From Bacteroidales bacterium (GTDB lineage: Bacteria; Bacteroidota; Bacteroidia; Bacteroidales; UBA4181), in the NCBI GenBank assembly GCA_031551645.1, contig JAVBNI010000001.1, forward strand, positions 10,902 to 74,901: a stretch of 64,000 bases of DNA, in the 5' to 3' direction. Positions 19,121 through 27,232 of this stretch are shown here, in pieces. The notes below the pieces were generated by a model. That model was given only the letters and a program-made list of their open reading frames with translations. It did not search any database and was not told the origin of the DNA. Each line of letters begins with the position of its first letter. The stretch's first letter is position 1. Position numbers and translations under genes: made by a program.

Positions 19121-19912
19121 ATGTCGGTTCAATATGCATTAATTACAGGCGCTTCGAGTGGAATTGGAAGGGAGTTGGCTTTTGCGGCGGCAGCCGATGG
19201 GATGAATTTGATCCTGCTTGCCCGCAACGCTGAAAAACTGATGCAATTGCGGGAAGTTTTAGAAAAACTCTACCCGATAAAAGTATTAGCCATAGGATGT
19301 GATCTTTCACAACCCGACACAGTGGACAAGATAACGACATTGTTGCATGGCCGGAACATTATACCCGACGTGCTCATCAACAATGCCGGATTCGGATTAT
19401 ACGGGCCGTTCCATCAAACTGATCCCGAAATCGAAATGGATATGATCCAGGTGAATATAGTCACATTGACAGAGTTAACAAAAAAAATCTACCGGCAAAT
19501 GTTCGAAAAAGGCAGCGGCCGGATTATGAATGTGGCATCTGTTGCAGGATTTATGCCCGGTCCTCTGATGGCTGTATATTATGCGACAAAAGCCTATGTA
19601 TTGTCCTTTTCGGAAGCTTTGGCCAACGAAGCCAAGGGTAGTGGAGTCAGTGTAACCGCATTGTGCCCCGGTCCTACGATTACCAATTTCGAAACCAATG
19701 CATCCGCCCAAGGATCCAAGTTATTCAAAAGTTTTGGTAAACTACCTACAGGCGAACAGGTTGCCAAATACGGGTGGCGTTGTATGATGAAAGGTAAAAC
19801 CATTGCCATATATGGCTGGAAAAATCGTTTTATGCTATTTTTCACCCGTTTGCTGCCTCGCAAAACAGTGACCAACATGGTACGAACCATACAAAATCCG
19901 GTAAAAGGTTAA
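19121..19912 (+). CDS. Short-chain dehydrogenase/reductase (SDR) family oxidoreductase
   Basis: 263 aa. It carries the cofactor motif TGASSGIG, NNAG, and the catalytic YxxxK (YYATKAYV). Confidence 0.85.
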   Translation: MSVQYALITGASSGIGRELAFAAAADGMNLILLARNAEKLMQLREVLEKLYPIKVLAIGCDLSQPDTVDKITTLLHGRNIIPDVLINNAGFGLYGPFHQTDPEIEMDMIQVNIVTLTELTKKIYRQMFEKGSGRIMNVASVAGFMPGPLMAVYYATKAYVLSFSEALANEAKGSGVSVTALCPGPTITNFETNASAQGSKLFKSFGKLPTGEQVAKYGWRCMMKGKTIAIYGWKNRFMLFFTRLLPRKTVTNMVRTIQNPVKG

Positions 19913-19950
19913 CCTTTTACGCGCAGTACAGAAAATAAATGATCGTAATA

Positions 19951-19982
19951 CCCTGTCAGTGGTCGTCAGACCCTGACAGAGG
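19951..19982 (+). repeat. Conserved bulged hairpin (REP-like), copy A, at the 3' end of the SDR gene
   Basis: The sequence is ccCTGTCAGtGGTC-gtca-GACCCTGACAGagg. Its reverse complement matches 24749-24780 except in the 4-nt loop. Confidence 0.6.
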
Positions 19983-20033
19983 TGCTAAAGGCTAAGTACA
20001 TACAACCGGACGGATATCTGACAAAGCCATAAA

Positions 20034-20984
20034 TCAAAAGGATTTATCCCGGATACCCGACAAGGTATTGTTATATTCCCGTATCACCCCTTCCATCACT
20101 TCGGCTACCGGGCGGATTTCATTGATCATGGCCGACACCTGACCGATTTCGAGTTCACCCCGTTCCATATCGCCCTCAAACATCCCGGCTTTGGCCCTGC
20201 CTTTTCCAAGAATGGTCGATAATTCGGTTGCATCAGCTCCGCGCGATTCAGCTTCTTTTATCTCGTCAAAAAACGGATTTTTCAACAACCGGACAGCAAC
20301 TGTTTTTTTCATCATCAGCATCGTATCTCCTTCCCCTGACTGAAGAACTCGTTCTTTGAATGCCGGATGGGCTGACGACTCCTCAGTAGCAGCAAATAAC
20401 GAACCGGCTTGTATCCCATCTGCCCCCAAAGCCATAGCAGCAAGCATCGCCCGGCCGGAACCTATACCTCCAGCTGCAATAAGCGGCAGATCAACCACAC
20501 TGCGAACATGGGGAATAAGCACCATGGTGGTAGTTTCCTCACGGCCATTGTGTCCACCGGCTTCGAAACCTTCGGCAACAACAGCATCAACGCCAGCATC
20601 GGCGGCTTTGCGTGCAAATTTGGTATTGGATACAACATGCGCCACCTTGATACCATGTTGTTTGAGAAAAGGCGTCCATAAAGCAGGATTGCCTGCCGAA
20701 GTAAAAACAATCTTCACGCCCGCCTCGACAATGATATCCATCACCTTGTCAACCTGAGGATATAGTAATGGCACATTGACTCCAAACGGTTTATCGGTGG
20801 CTGCCTGGCATTTTTGGATGTGTTCGGCCAGAATTTCGGGATACATCGAACCGGCGCCAATCAGGCCCAATCCTCCTGCGTTACTAACTGCCGACGCCAA
20901 ATGCCAGCCACTACACCAAACCATACCACCCGATATGATCGGATAACGTATATTAAACAATTTACATATTCTGTTGTCAGTCAT
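20034..20984 (-). CDS. Nitronate monooxygenase family flavoprotein (FabK-like enoyl-ACP reductase II candidate)
   Basis: 316 aa. An NPD/NMO TIM-barrel pattern is present: YPIISGGMVWCSGWHLASAVSNAGGLGLIGAG, GVNVPLL, EGFEAGGH and IAAGGIGSGR. Confidence 0.75.
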   Translation of the reverse strand: MTDNRICKLFNIRYPIISGGMVWCSGWHLASAVSNAGGLGLIGAGSMYPEILAEHIQKCQAATDKPFGVNVPLLYPQVDKVMDIIVEAGVKIVFTSAGNPALWTPFLKQHGIKVAHVVSNTKFARKAADAGVDAVVAEGFEAGGHNGREETTTMVLIPHVRSVVDLPLIAAGGIGSGRAMLAAMALGADGIQAGSLFAATEESSAHPAFKERVLQSGEGDTMLMMKKTVAVRLLKNPFFDEIKEAESRGADATELSTILGKGRAKAGMFEGDMERGELEIGQVSAMINEIRPVAEVMEGVIREYNNTLSGIRDKSF

Positions 20985-21064
20985 ATGGTATACGATTAAA
21001 ATGAAATGATTATAAAACGAATCAAGTGCAAAAAGTTGGTGGTGTAAAATTCTTGCATTCGTTT

Positions 21065-21214
21065 ATGCCCTGACGGGCAATTTAATTCTTCTTCATGTCC
21101 GGTTCTATTGACATTTTTCCCCTAACGGGGAATTGTCATTACCGAAATTGTCCGTAGGACAACAACATCAATAGAAAAAAAATATCCTCAACTAATAATT
21201 GCCCGTCAGGGCAT
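21065..21214. repeat. 150-bp element bounded by an 18-bp perfect inverted repeat, with internal tetraloop hairpins
   Basis: atgccctgacgggcaatt (21065-21082) is the exact reverse complement of aattgcccgtcagggcat (21197-21214). Internal hairpins are cccc-taac-gggg (21119-21130) and ttgtcc-gtag-gacaa (about 21147-21162). Confidence 0.6.
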
Positions 21215-21365
21215 CAACCTTGAGAGCTATTAAATACATTTTACCAACATGTTTTTATCTTGATCCTATAAAACTACTCCGCCTTCCTGCATATAACACA
21301 ATATTATAATACAGTCCTGTATTTATCAAGAATACAAAGTTACAAAATTGTATGAAACGTGAAAT

Positions 21366-21407
21366 AATTGATAATTGACAATTGAAAGTTGAAAAATGAA
21401 AATTAAC
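21366..21407 (+). repeat. Tandem heptamer array (AATTGAN x6)
   Basis: The array reads aattgat aattgac aattgaa agttgaa aaatgaa aattaac. Confidence 0.75.
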
Positions 21408-21532
21408 TCCGTTAAATCCTTAAATTCAGTAGCATAAAGTGTATAAAATCAGAATGGGACAGATATTTGAAAGCATCATATTGCAACGCATTCAAAATAT
21501 ATTAAAAGACAAGATCGACCAGAAGTAACAAC

Positions 21533-22558
21533 CTAACGCCTTCCCGGATTTCCACTGCTTTGGAATTCATATCTCCGTTTGTAGCGGAAGAAACGTTCGC
21601 TTTGTCCAAAGGTGACACTGACCATCAATTCGTGCGAACCATATGAATATTTGCGGATACTGCTTAAGCTGTAGTCAAAAGCATAGCCAAAATGGTATTG
21701 TTTGTAACGAGCGCCAAACATGATACTGGTTGCTCCGTCCGATCCGCCAGCACCGGAACGGTATGACAATCCGCCCCAAAACTGGTCGTAATAATATGCC
21801 ATGGCGTTAAGGTCAATCTGCCCAACACCGTGTTCATTTAATTTGATTTGTGCACCGGGAACCACACTCCACTCTTTATTAATTTCGAAAATATAGCCGC
21901 CCAGAAGGAGATACTGGCGTTCAATCCTATAATCGGAACTATTACGCCCGCCAAACATCAGGTATGACTGGAACAGATTGGATGCCGAAAAACCGGCATA
22001 ATAATCTTTGGTAGTATAATGTAAGCCGAAAGAAGCATCCGGAACGATACTGTTAAGATCCGAAGCATTGATGAAACGGTCTTCATCCTCGGTTGTAATC
22101 TTTGAACGATCGATGCGTAACTGGAACAAACTGGCCGACAAACCGAAAGAAAGTTGTCCGAAGCGATCTTCAATATGGTAGGCATAGGTAAACTGCAAAC
22201 CGGTGGTACGTATCGGTCCCCTCATATCGTTGAAGAGGGCTGCACCCAAGCCTACATTTTCGGGACTGAATCCTCCTGAACTGCGACGTACCCTGTTGCC
22301 AAAAAGTCCTTCGCGCGGTACCCGTGTTTGTGCGGTTAATGTCTGATTAGACGGAGCGGCTGAGAATCCAGACCACTGGTCTTTCACGATGAGGCCAACC
22401 GACGAATAGCCATCGCTACCGCAAGCCGCCGGATTCAACAGGAACCGGTTGAAAAGATACTGGGTGAACGGTTGCGACTGCTGACCGGTCACCGTCATAC
22501 ATGACAGTAACAGGAGCGTTACACCGGCACATAAAATATGTATCTTTTTAAATATCAT
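21533..22558 (-). CDS. PorP/SprF-family type IX secretion system membrane protein
   Basis: 341 aa. The typical N-terminus is present (signal, then QQSQPFTQYLFNRFLLNPAACGSDGY...VKDQWSGF) and the rest is a beta-barrel-like Gly/aromatic-rich protein. It starts 8 bp after the type-B CTD gene. Confidence 0.85.
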   Translation of the reverse strand: MIFKKIHILCAGVTLLLLSCMTVTGQQSQPFTQYLFNRFLLNPAACGSDGYSSVGLIVKDQWSGFSAAPSNQTLTAQTRVPREGLFGNRVRRSSGGFSPENVGLGAALFNDMRGPIRTTGLQFTYAYHIEDRFGQLSFGLSASLFQLRIDRSKITTEDEDRFINASDLNSIVPDASFGLHYTTKDYYAGFSASNLFQSYLMFGGRNSSDYRIERQYLLLGGYIFEINKEWSVVPGAQIKLNEHGVGQIDLNAMAYYYDQFWGGLSYRSGAGGSDGATSIMFGARYKQYHFGYAFDYSLSSIRKYSYGSHELMVSVTFGQSERFFRYKRRYEFQSSGNPGRR

Positions 22559-22566
22559 GTGTGTAT

Positions 22567-23643
22567 TTATCGAATAATGGTGATTGTTCCAAGAATAGGT
22601 TTATTGCTCCTACCATCGTTCAAATGGATGATATAATAATAGGTTTCCATCGGCAGGACATGTCCACGGGCATCACGACCATTCCATGGATTCGACACAT
22701 ATCCTTTGGTTGAAGTAAATACCTTGCGTCCCCAGCGGTCGTACACCTCAACGATAGAGTTCTGATAATCCCGGAGAACTTTGATTTCCCAGACATCATT
22801 GTCGCCGTCTCCATTAGGCGTAAACGTATTCGGTATATCCAAATTTACAGGAAGCTCCTTGCATGCCATGATAACAATAGTATCGCTTGCTGAGCAACCT
22901 TCATGGTCGGCGCGTACCCAATACAACATGTCGCTTTGAGTATCGTGTTCGTTAACCTGGATAAATGGTGATGTGCCGCTTTCGCCGGTCGACCATGTAA
23001 AAGTTGTTCCCTGCGGATTAGTATTCGGGTAAAGTGCGTCCAACCTGAAGCCCGGCGTACAAATCATGGTATCGGGACCCAAATTAACCGCTACCGGTGA
23101 ACCCGGCAATATTTTGACATAACTGCTCAACCGGCAGTTGTTCATATCAATAGTTCTCAATTCATACGTTCCTGGCTTGGTAATAACATTGTCCTGAATG
23201 GATTTGTCCACCCATTCATAAGCTTTAAAGGCAGATGCATTGAAATCTACTGTTACCCCATCACCTTTGCATATCGTATAGCTATTTTGTCCGAATGTGG
23301 CATATTCGCCTACCACTTCAACGTTCAGGTAAGCCCAGTTACCCTCGCATCCATGTGTAGACGTCTCGCGCAAACCTAATGCATATATACCTTTGGTATT
23401 TCCCCATTTTACAATAATGGAATCGGCATATTTCTGAGCCAGTTCCCCTCCTCTAAGCGGCACCTCGTATTCGTACGTCGAACCGTCTTCACCAACAGCC
23501 TTGTACATTACCTTCGTGCCGATACAGACTTTCTCGTCCTGCGAAAATGCCGGGTGAGCGAAGATCAGCAAAGCTACCAACAGGGATAATATATGTTTCT
23601 TTTTGGACAAAGTTCGGATTCTATTTTTATTTGTTCGACACAA
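22567..23643 (-). CDS. Secreted protein with a T9SS type-B sorting domain (gliding-motility-associated C-terminal domain)
   Basis: 358 aa. The C-terminus reads IPNTFTPNGDGDNDVWEI...VEVYDRWGRKVF...WNGRDARGHVLPMETYYYIIHL...GTITIIR, the hallmark of type-B CTDs. The N-terminal module IIVKWGNTKGIYALGLRETSTHGCEGNWAYLNVEVV resembles the three upstream paralogues. Confidence 0.85.
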   Translation of the reverse strand: MCRTNKNRIRTLSKKKHILSLLVALLIFAHPAFSQDEKVCIGTKVMYKAVGEDGSTYEYEVPLRGGELAQKYADSIIVKWGNTKGIYALGLRETSTHGCEGNWAYLNVEVVGEYATFGQNSYTICKGDGVTVDFNASAFKAYEWVDKSIQDNVITKPGTYELRTIDMNNCRLSSYVKILPGSPVAVNLGPDTMICTPGFRLDALYPNTNPQGTTFTWSTGESGTSPFIQVNEHDTQSDMLYWVRADHEGCSASDTIVIMACKELPVNLDIPNTFTPNGDGDNDVWEIKVLRDYQNSIVEVYDRWGRKVFTSTKGYVSNPWNGRDARGHVLPMETYYYIIHLNDGRSNKPILGTITIIR

Positions 23644-23695
23644 ATTTTATGACACAGTGCCGAATGATTTTTTTTATTTTGTTACATCCGCCATC

Positions 23696-23722
23696 CCTGT
23701 ACAGGCAAATTACCTGTACAGG
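23696..23722. promoter_or_regulatory. Two copies of the 10-bp perfect palindrome CCTGTACAGG, 7 bp apart
   Basis: Copies lie at 23696-23705 and 23713-23722, 53-79 bp upstream of the type-B cargo start codon and inside the operon. The pair can also fold as a 10-bp stem with a 7-nt loop. Confidence 0.45.
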
Positions 23723-23783
23723 ATTGCGAACTGTAACATGATGAAACAAATAACTATTTTATATATTTTAACTTATGATCTGA

Positions 23784-24707
23784 TTAAGGCATGTTTTTAA
23801 CATGTTCCAATTTCTTGGTCTTCGGAGCAGGATATACATTAACGGTATATACATCCGCAGCTGCCGGAATATGAGTGCCGACTACAGCAGCAACACTCGT
23901 TTGATCAAGCGATTTGCGAGAAATCCGGTCAGTCAGGGTATTGATGGTTATCGTATAAATACCACTCTTATCCGTCTGTAGATTATCCAGATTAGCTGCA
24001 GGAATAACTATATCATACTGTCCGCTTTTTCGTCCGTCAGTACCAACCTCTACGGCAGTATAAGTACCAAGAGTTGTAGCCCCGGTTCCATCAAGCTTTG
24101 TATATTTAACAGTATAGCTTACTATCCATTTTCCATATCCGGTCATAGTGAGGGGAATGGTAACTGCAGTAGCGGCACAACCTGCTGTTTCTTTTACGGT
24201 AGGCCATTGCAAGGTAGGCTTAGCCACAACCTGGATACGGGCAATGGAATCTGTCCCGGTACAACCTGCAACATTGGACGGAAGGATAATGCTCCGCTCA
24301 TTGACCACAAGCGAATATTGACCAGGAGACCCAGGCATAACAACGTTGATTTCCTTATCCGTATAATAATTGGGATAAGCAGCATCGGTACTAGCTGTTG
24401 CAGATGTTAAGGTTGTCCCCTTGTTAATAGCCCAAGCTAAAGGAGTTCCTGTAACCGTGGATAAATAACCAGTATAAAACGCCCACTTGAATTCCGATTT
24501 CATTTTATTTTGAGCAGCCAGACCCACAATGACAGGGTCTCCTGCCATTTTATACGGCATACGGCTACCGACGGTCACCGTATCGATACTCTCTGTACCG
24601 GTAGTTGTGAATTCGGTATAATTCGGCGTTTGTGCAGAAACAGTCATCGACAACAACGCAAATGCTGCTGCGAAAAATCCTACTTTAAACATGTTATTTG
24701 TTTTCAT
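23784..24707 (-). CDS. Secreted protein, uncharacterised paralogue family (P1)
   Basis: 307 aa with an SPI-type signal (ALLSMTVSAQ). It shares with P2 and P3 the motifs DTVTVGSRMPYK, a GC-x-G beta-module and the C-terminal YTITINTLTDRISRKS. It has no lipobox and no T9SS CTD. Confidence 0.75.
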   Translation of the reverse strand: MKTNNMFKVGFFAAAFALLSMTVSAQTPNYTEFTTTGTESIDTVTVGSRMPYKMAGDPVIVGLAAQNKMKSEFKWAFYTGYLSTVTGTPLAWAINKGTTLTSATASTDAAYPNYYTDKEINVVMPGSPGQYSLVVNERSIILPSNVAGCTGTDSIARIQVVAKPTLQWPTVKETAGCAATAVTIPLTMTGYGKWIVSYTVKYTKLDGTGATTLGTYTAVEVGTDGRKSGQYDIVIPAANLDNLQTDKSGIYTITINTLTDRISRKSLDQTSVAAVVGTHIPAAADVYTVNVYPAPKTKKLEHVKNMP

Positions 24708-24748
24708 CTTATTTGATTTTTTAAATTTTCTTGTTTTTTATTTTAAGC

Positions 24749-24780
24749 CGCTGTCAGGGTCATCCGACCACTGACAGGGC
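24749..24780 (-). repeat. Conserved bulged hairpin (REP-like), copy B, between P2 and P1
   Basis: The plus strand reads cgCTGTCAGGGTC-atcc-GACCaCTGACAGggc. On the transcript (minus) strand it has the same sense as copy A. The stems are identical and only the loop differs. Confidence 0.6.
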
Positions 24781-24793
24781 AGGTTTATCTTTA

Positions 24794-25711
24794 TTAATAA
24801 TTACCATTATTGGGCAAACGATAGATCGGACCGGTTTCAACAGGCTTCAATACACTATAAGTGAAAGTGGCAGAACCTCCTACTGTAAGTAAACCGGCTC
24901 CGGTACTGGGAGCGTTTGATTTACGTGATATACGGTCGGTCACCTGAGTGATGGTTACTTCATACTTGCCATGCAACTTAGCGTCATTTTTAAGCATGAT
25001 GGTTAATATCCCCTTCCCGCTTACGATGGGAACAGAAACATTTGTTCCATAGGTAGTTTCGGGAGTTCCTGAAACAGGTGTGAAAACCATTGTGTAATTT
25101 ACCTTTATTTGTGACGATGCGGTCGTAGGCGTTAATTCGAAAGGATGATTAATACCGGCATTAACCTGAGTTTGCGTATAACATGCACCGTCCTTATAAT
25201 CAGCCGGACTTCCCGCTTTATCAAAAGTAATGGTCGGTTTCGGGATAACAGCCACAGGTATTTTTGTTTCAGTTCCCGGACATCCGTTAGTCGGGTTTTC
25301 CGTTACCCTGATGGTATCCACACCTGCCGTATTCCCCCACAAAATCGAAATAATATGCTTGTTGGTCGGGGTACCGGTTGTGGCTCCCAATTCTAATGGA
25401 CTTCCACCGTTACGTCTGAATCCCCAGCTGAAAGTTGATAATACTTTTGTAAAATCAGCCGCATTTTCGGGCGTATCGTATTTGAAATCGGGATTGGCTG
25501 TTGCGTCGGGCAATACAAAGTACTTCATGGTTGAGGTAACGGTTACCGAGTCGCGAACTTCCTGCGAAAGAGCCGGTCCACCGGTACTGTTGTATCCATT
25601 CTGGTAATAATCTTTTTCAAGCGTTACCTTGTTAGGAGCCGTTTGCCCGTAAACATTAGCTATTAAGAAAAACAGCAGGGCTACAATACTATATTTAACT
25701 AAATTTTTCAT
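24794..25711 (-). CDS. Secreted protein, uncharacterised paralogue family (P2)
   Basis: 305 aa with a signal (FFLIANVYGQ). Shared motifs are RDSVTVTSTMKYFVLPD, ISILWGNTAGVDTIRVTENPTNGCPGTETKIPVAVIPKP and YEVTITQVTDRISRKS. Confidence 0.75.
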   Translation of the reverse strand: MKNLVKYSIVALLFFLIANVYGQTAPNKVTLEKDYYQNGYNSTGGPALSQEVRDSVTVTSTMKYFVLPDATANPDFKYDTPENAADFTKVLSTFSWGFRRNGGSPLELGATTGTPTNKHIISILWGNTAGVDTIRVTENPTNGCPGTETKIPVAVIPKPTITFDKAGSPADYKDGACYTQTQVNAGINHPFELTPTTASSQIKVNYTMVFTPVSGTPETTYGTNVSVPIVSGKGILTIMLKNDAKLHGKYEVTITQVTDRISRKSNAPSTGAGLLTVGGSATFTYSVLKPVETGPIYRLPNNGNY

Positions 25712-25731
25712 TATCCTGATGTATTAATGGA

Positions 25732-26697
25732 TTAGAAATTATTCGGAACATGATAAGTCTTACCGGCTTTCGGTTGCGGCAATACATAATATGTAAACTG
25801 GTTATCTGTTGTTGTGGTCGAAACATTGGCGGTTGTTATGCCGCATTTTGTAGCAATACGGTCGGTGATCGATTTGATGGTAACCACGTATTTTCCAAAA
25901 TCGTTAAATTTAAGGGATAACTGACCGGTAGCGGCATTGGCGCTGGCAAGTGTCACCGTTTGGTCGCCACCTTCAGTACCATCATCTTTTGTAATGGAGT
26001 ATGTTATGACAACTTTATTAGCTTTACTGATAACAGCGCCGGTTGCTGTCGAAGCCGGGATCAACGGAAAGTCGAAAATCGGATATTCATTACCACTACC
26101 ATCAGCCTCATTGGGATCAAAAGTAGCACATTCGGCAGCCGTACGCGTACCGTCTTTCAGGCCAAACATAACATTCGGTTTAGGAATAACTGTCACGGGT
26201 ATCGTGTTTGGTTCCCCATCACATGTTACAGACAACCCTGTTATTACGGGTTTTTCCACAATGGTAATATCACCTTGGCCTTCGGCTGTCCATTCAATAG
26301 TCACATAAGGCGAAGTATTGGTGGTATTTTTATTTTCATAAGCATTCAAAGTACCGATTGCTGATGGAATTGTCCATACAAAATTCGATGTGGTAATGGA
26401 CGTATTGGTATAGACATTTTGATCGTAATAAGTCTTGTTGTAAAACTTGTCGGGAGCAACAAAGTATTTCATCTTGGAACTGACCATTACGGAGTCTCTG
26501 GTTTCACGACCTGATGGATCAGGGGTTCCAATGGTCGTATTATTTTTATTATTACCATGCTGGTAATATCCTGCCTTATCCAGAACGATGGTAACGGGAA
26601 TCGGATCAGGCATAGCCTGACCTGAGACATGAATAACTCCAAACATCAATAACCCGAAAGCTATGATACCCCATTTTTTTGTATACTTGTTGTTCAT
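25732..26697 (-). CDS. Secreted protein, uncharacterised paralogue family (P3)
   Basis: 321 aa with a signal (FGVIHVSGQ). Shared motifs are RDSVMVSSKMKYFVAPD, VTIEWTAEGQGDITIVEKP...CDGEPNTIPVTVIPKP and YVVTIKSITDRIATKC. Confidence 0.75.
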   Translation of the reverse strand: MNNKYTKKWGIIAFGLLMFGVIHVSGQAMPDPIPVTIVLDKAGYYQHGNNKNNTTIGTPDPSGRETRDSVMVSSKMKYFVAPDKFYNKTYYDQNVYTNTSITTSNFVWTIPSAIGTLNAYENKNTTNTSPYVTIEWTAEGQGDITIVEKPVITGLSVTCDGEPNTIPVTVIPKPNVMFGLKDGTRTAAECATFDPNEADGSGNEYPIFDFPLIPASTATGAVISKANKVVITYSITKDDGTEGGDQTVTLASANAATGQLSLKFNDFGKYVVTIKSITDRIATKCGITTANVSTTTTDNQFTYYVLPQPKAGKTYHVPNNF

Positions 26698-27150
26698 TTT
26701 ATTTTCTTATTCGATTATAACAATAAATTCAAATTACCACATTATACGTTAAACTTTGTTTGAGGTTGCATTCTTCGAAAAATTTTCTTACTCTAAATGC
26801 TTTATTCAAATAACCATTATTTATTTTAGCCTGAAAACAAACAATTTACCAAACATCATATATAAAGGAAAAATCGACATTAATGTTCGAAACAAAGGCA
26901 TTCATACATCATTTTTGTTTATTCGTCATAATTTTCCGGACGTTGGTAAATTAATGTAAGGGAAACTCTTCTCCAACACAGGGTATGACAAGATGCTTGG
27001 AAGAAACCAATGATGGTTTAAACCTCCGGAATGAGTTGCAAAAATTTTATATCAGAAAGAAACAGTTCGTGCGCTTACACAAAATATATGCGTCCATTCA
27101 ATCGTAAGAATTTGTAAAATATATTGAAAGACAAACAGTAGTTTCAAATT

Positions 27151-27200
27151 ATCAATCCGTGTACGCACACAAAAAAATCTATTAATCCGTGTGTGCGCAC
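27151..27200. promoter_or_regulatory. Direct repeat of a 20-mer (ATYAATCCGTGTnnGCnCAC) with 30-bp spacing; the second copy holds the palindrome TGTGCGCACA
   Basis: atcaatccgtgtacgcacac (27151-27170) and attaatccgtgtgtgcgcac (27181-27200) match at 16 of 20 positions. They lie just 3' of the sensor-phosphatase stop codon and about 450-500 bp upstream of the P3 start codon. Confidence 0.35.
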
Positions 27201-27232
27201 AGCTTATAAAATGAAAGTATATCTAATCACAT

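Noticed and set aside
26756-26959. 67-aa ORF in the 535-bp gap upstream of the paralogue operon
   Set aside because: It is an AT-rich, low-complexity translation (FFEKFSYSKCFIQITIIYFSLK) on the strand opposite to all neighbouring genes. It is more likely promoter or leader DNA.
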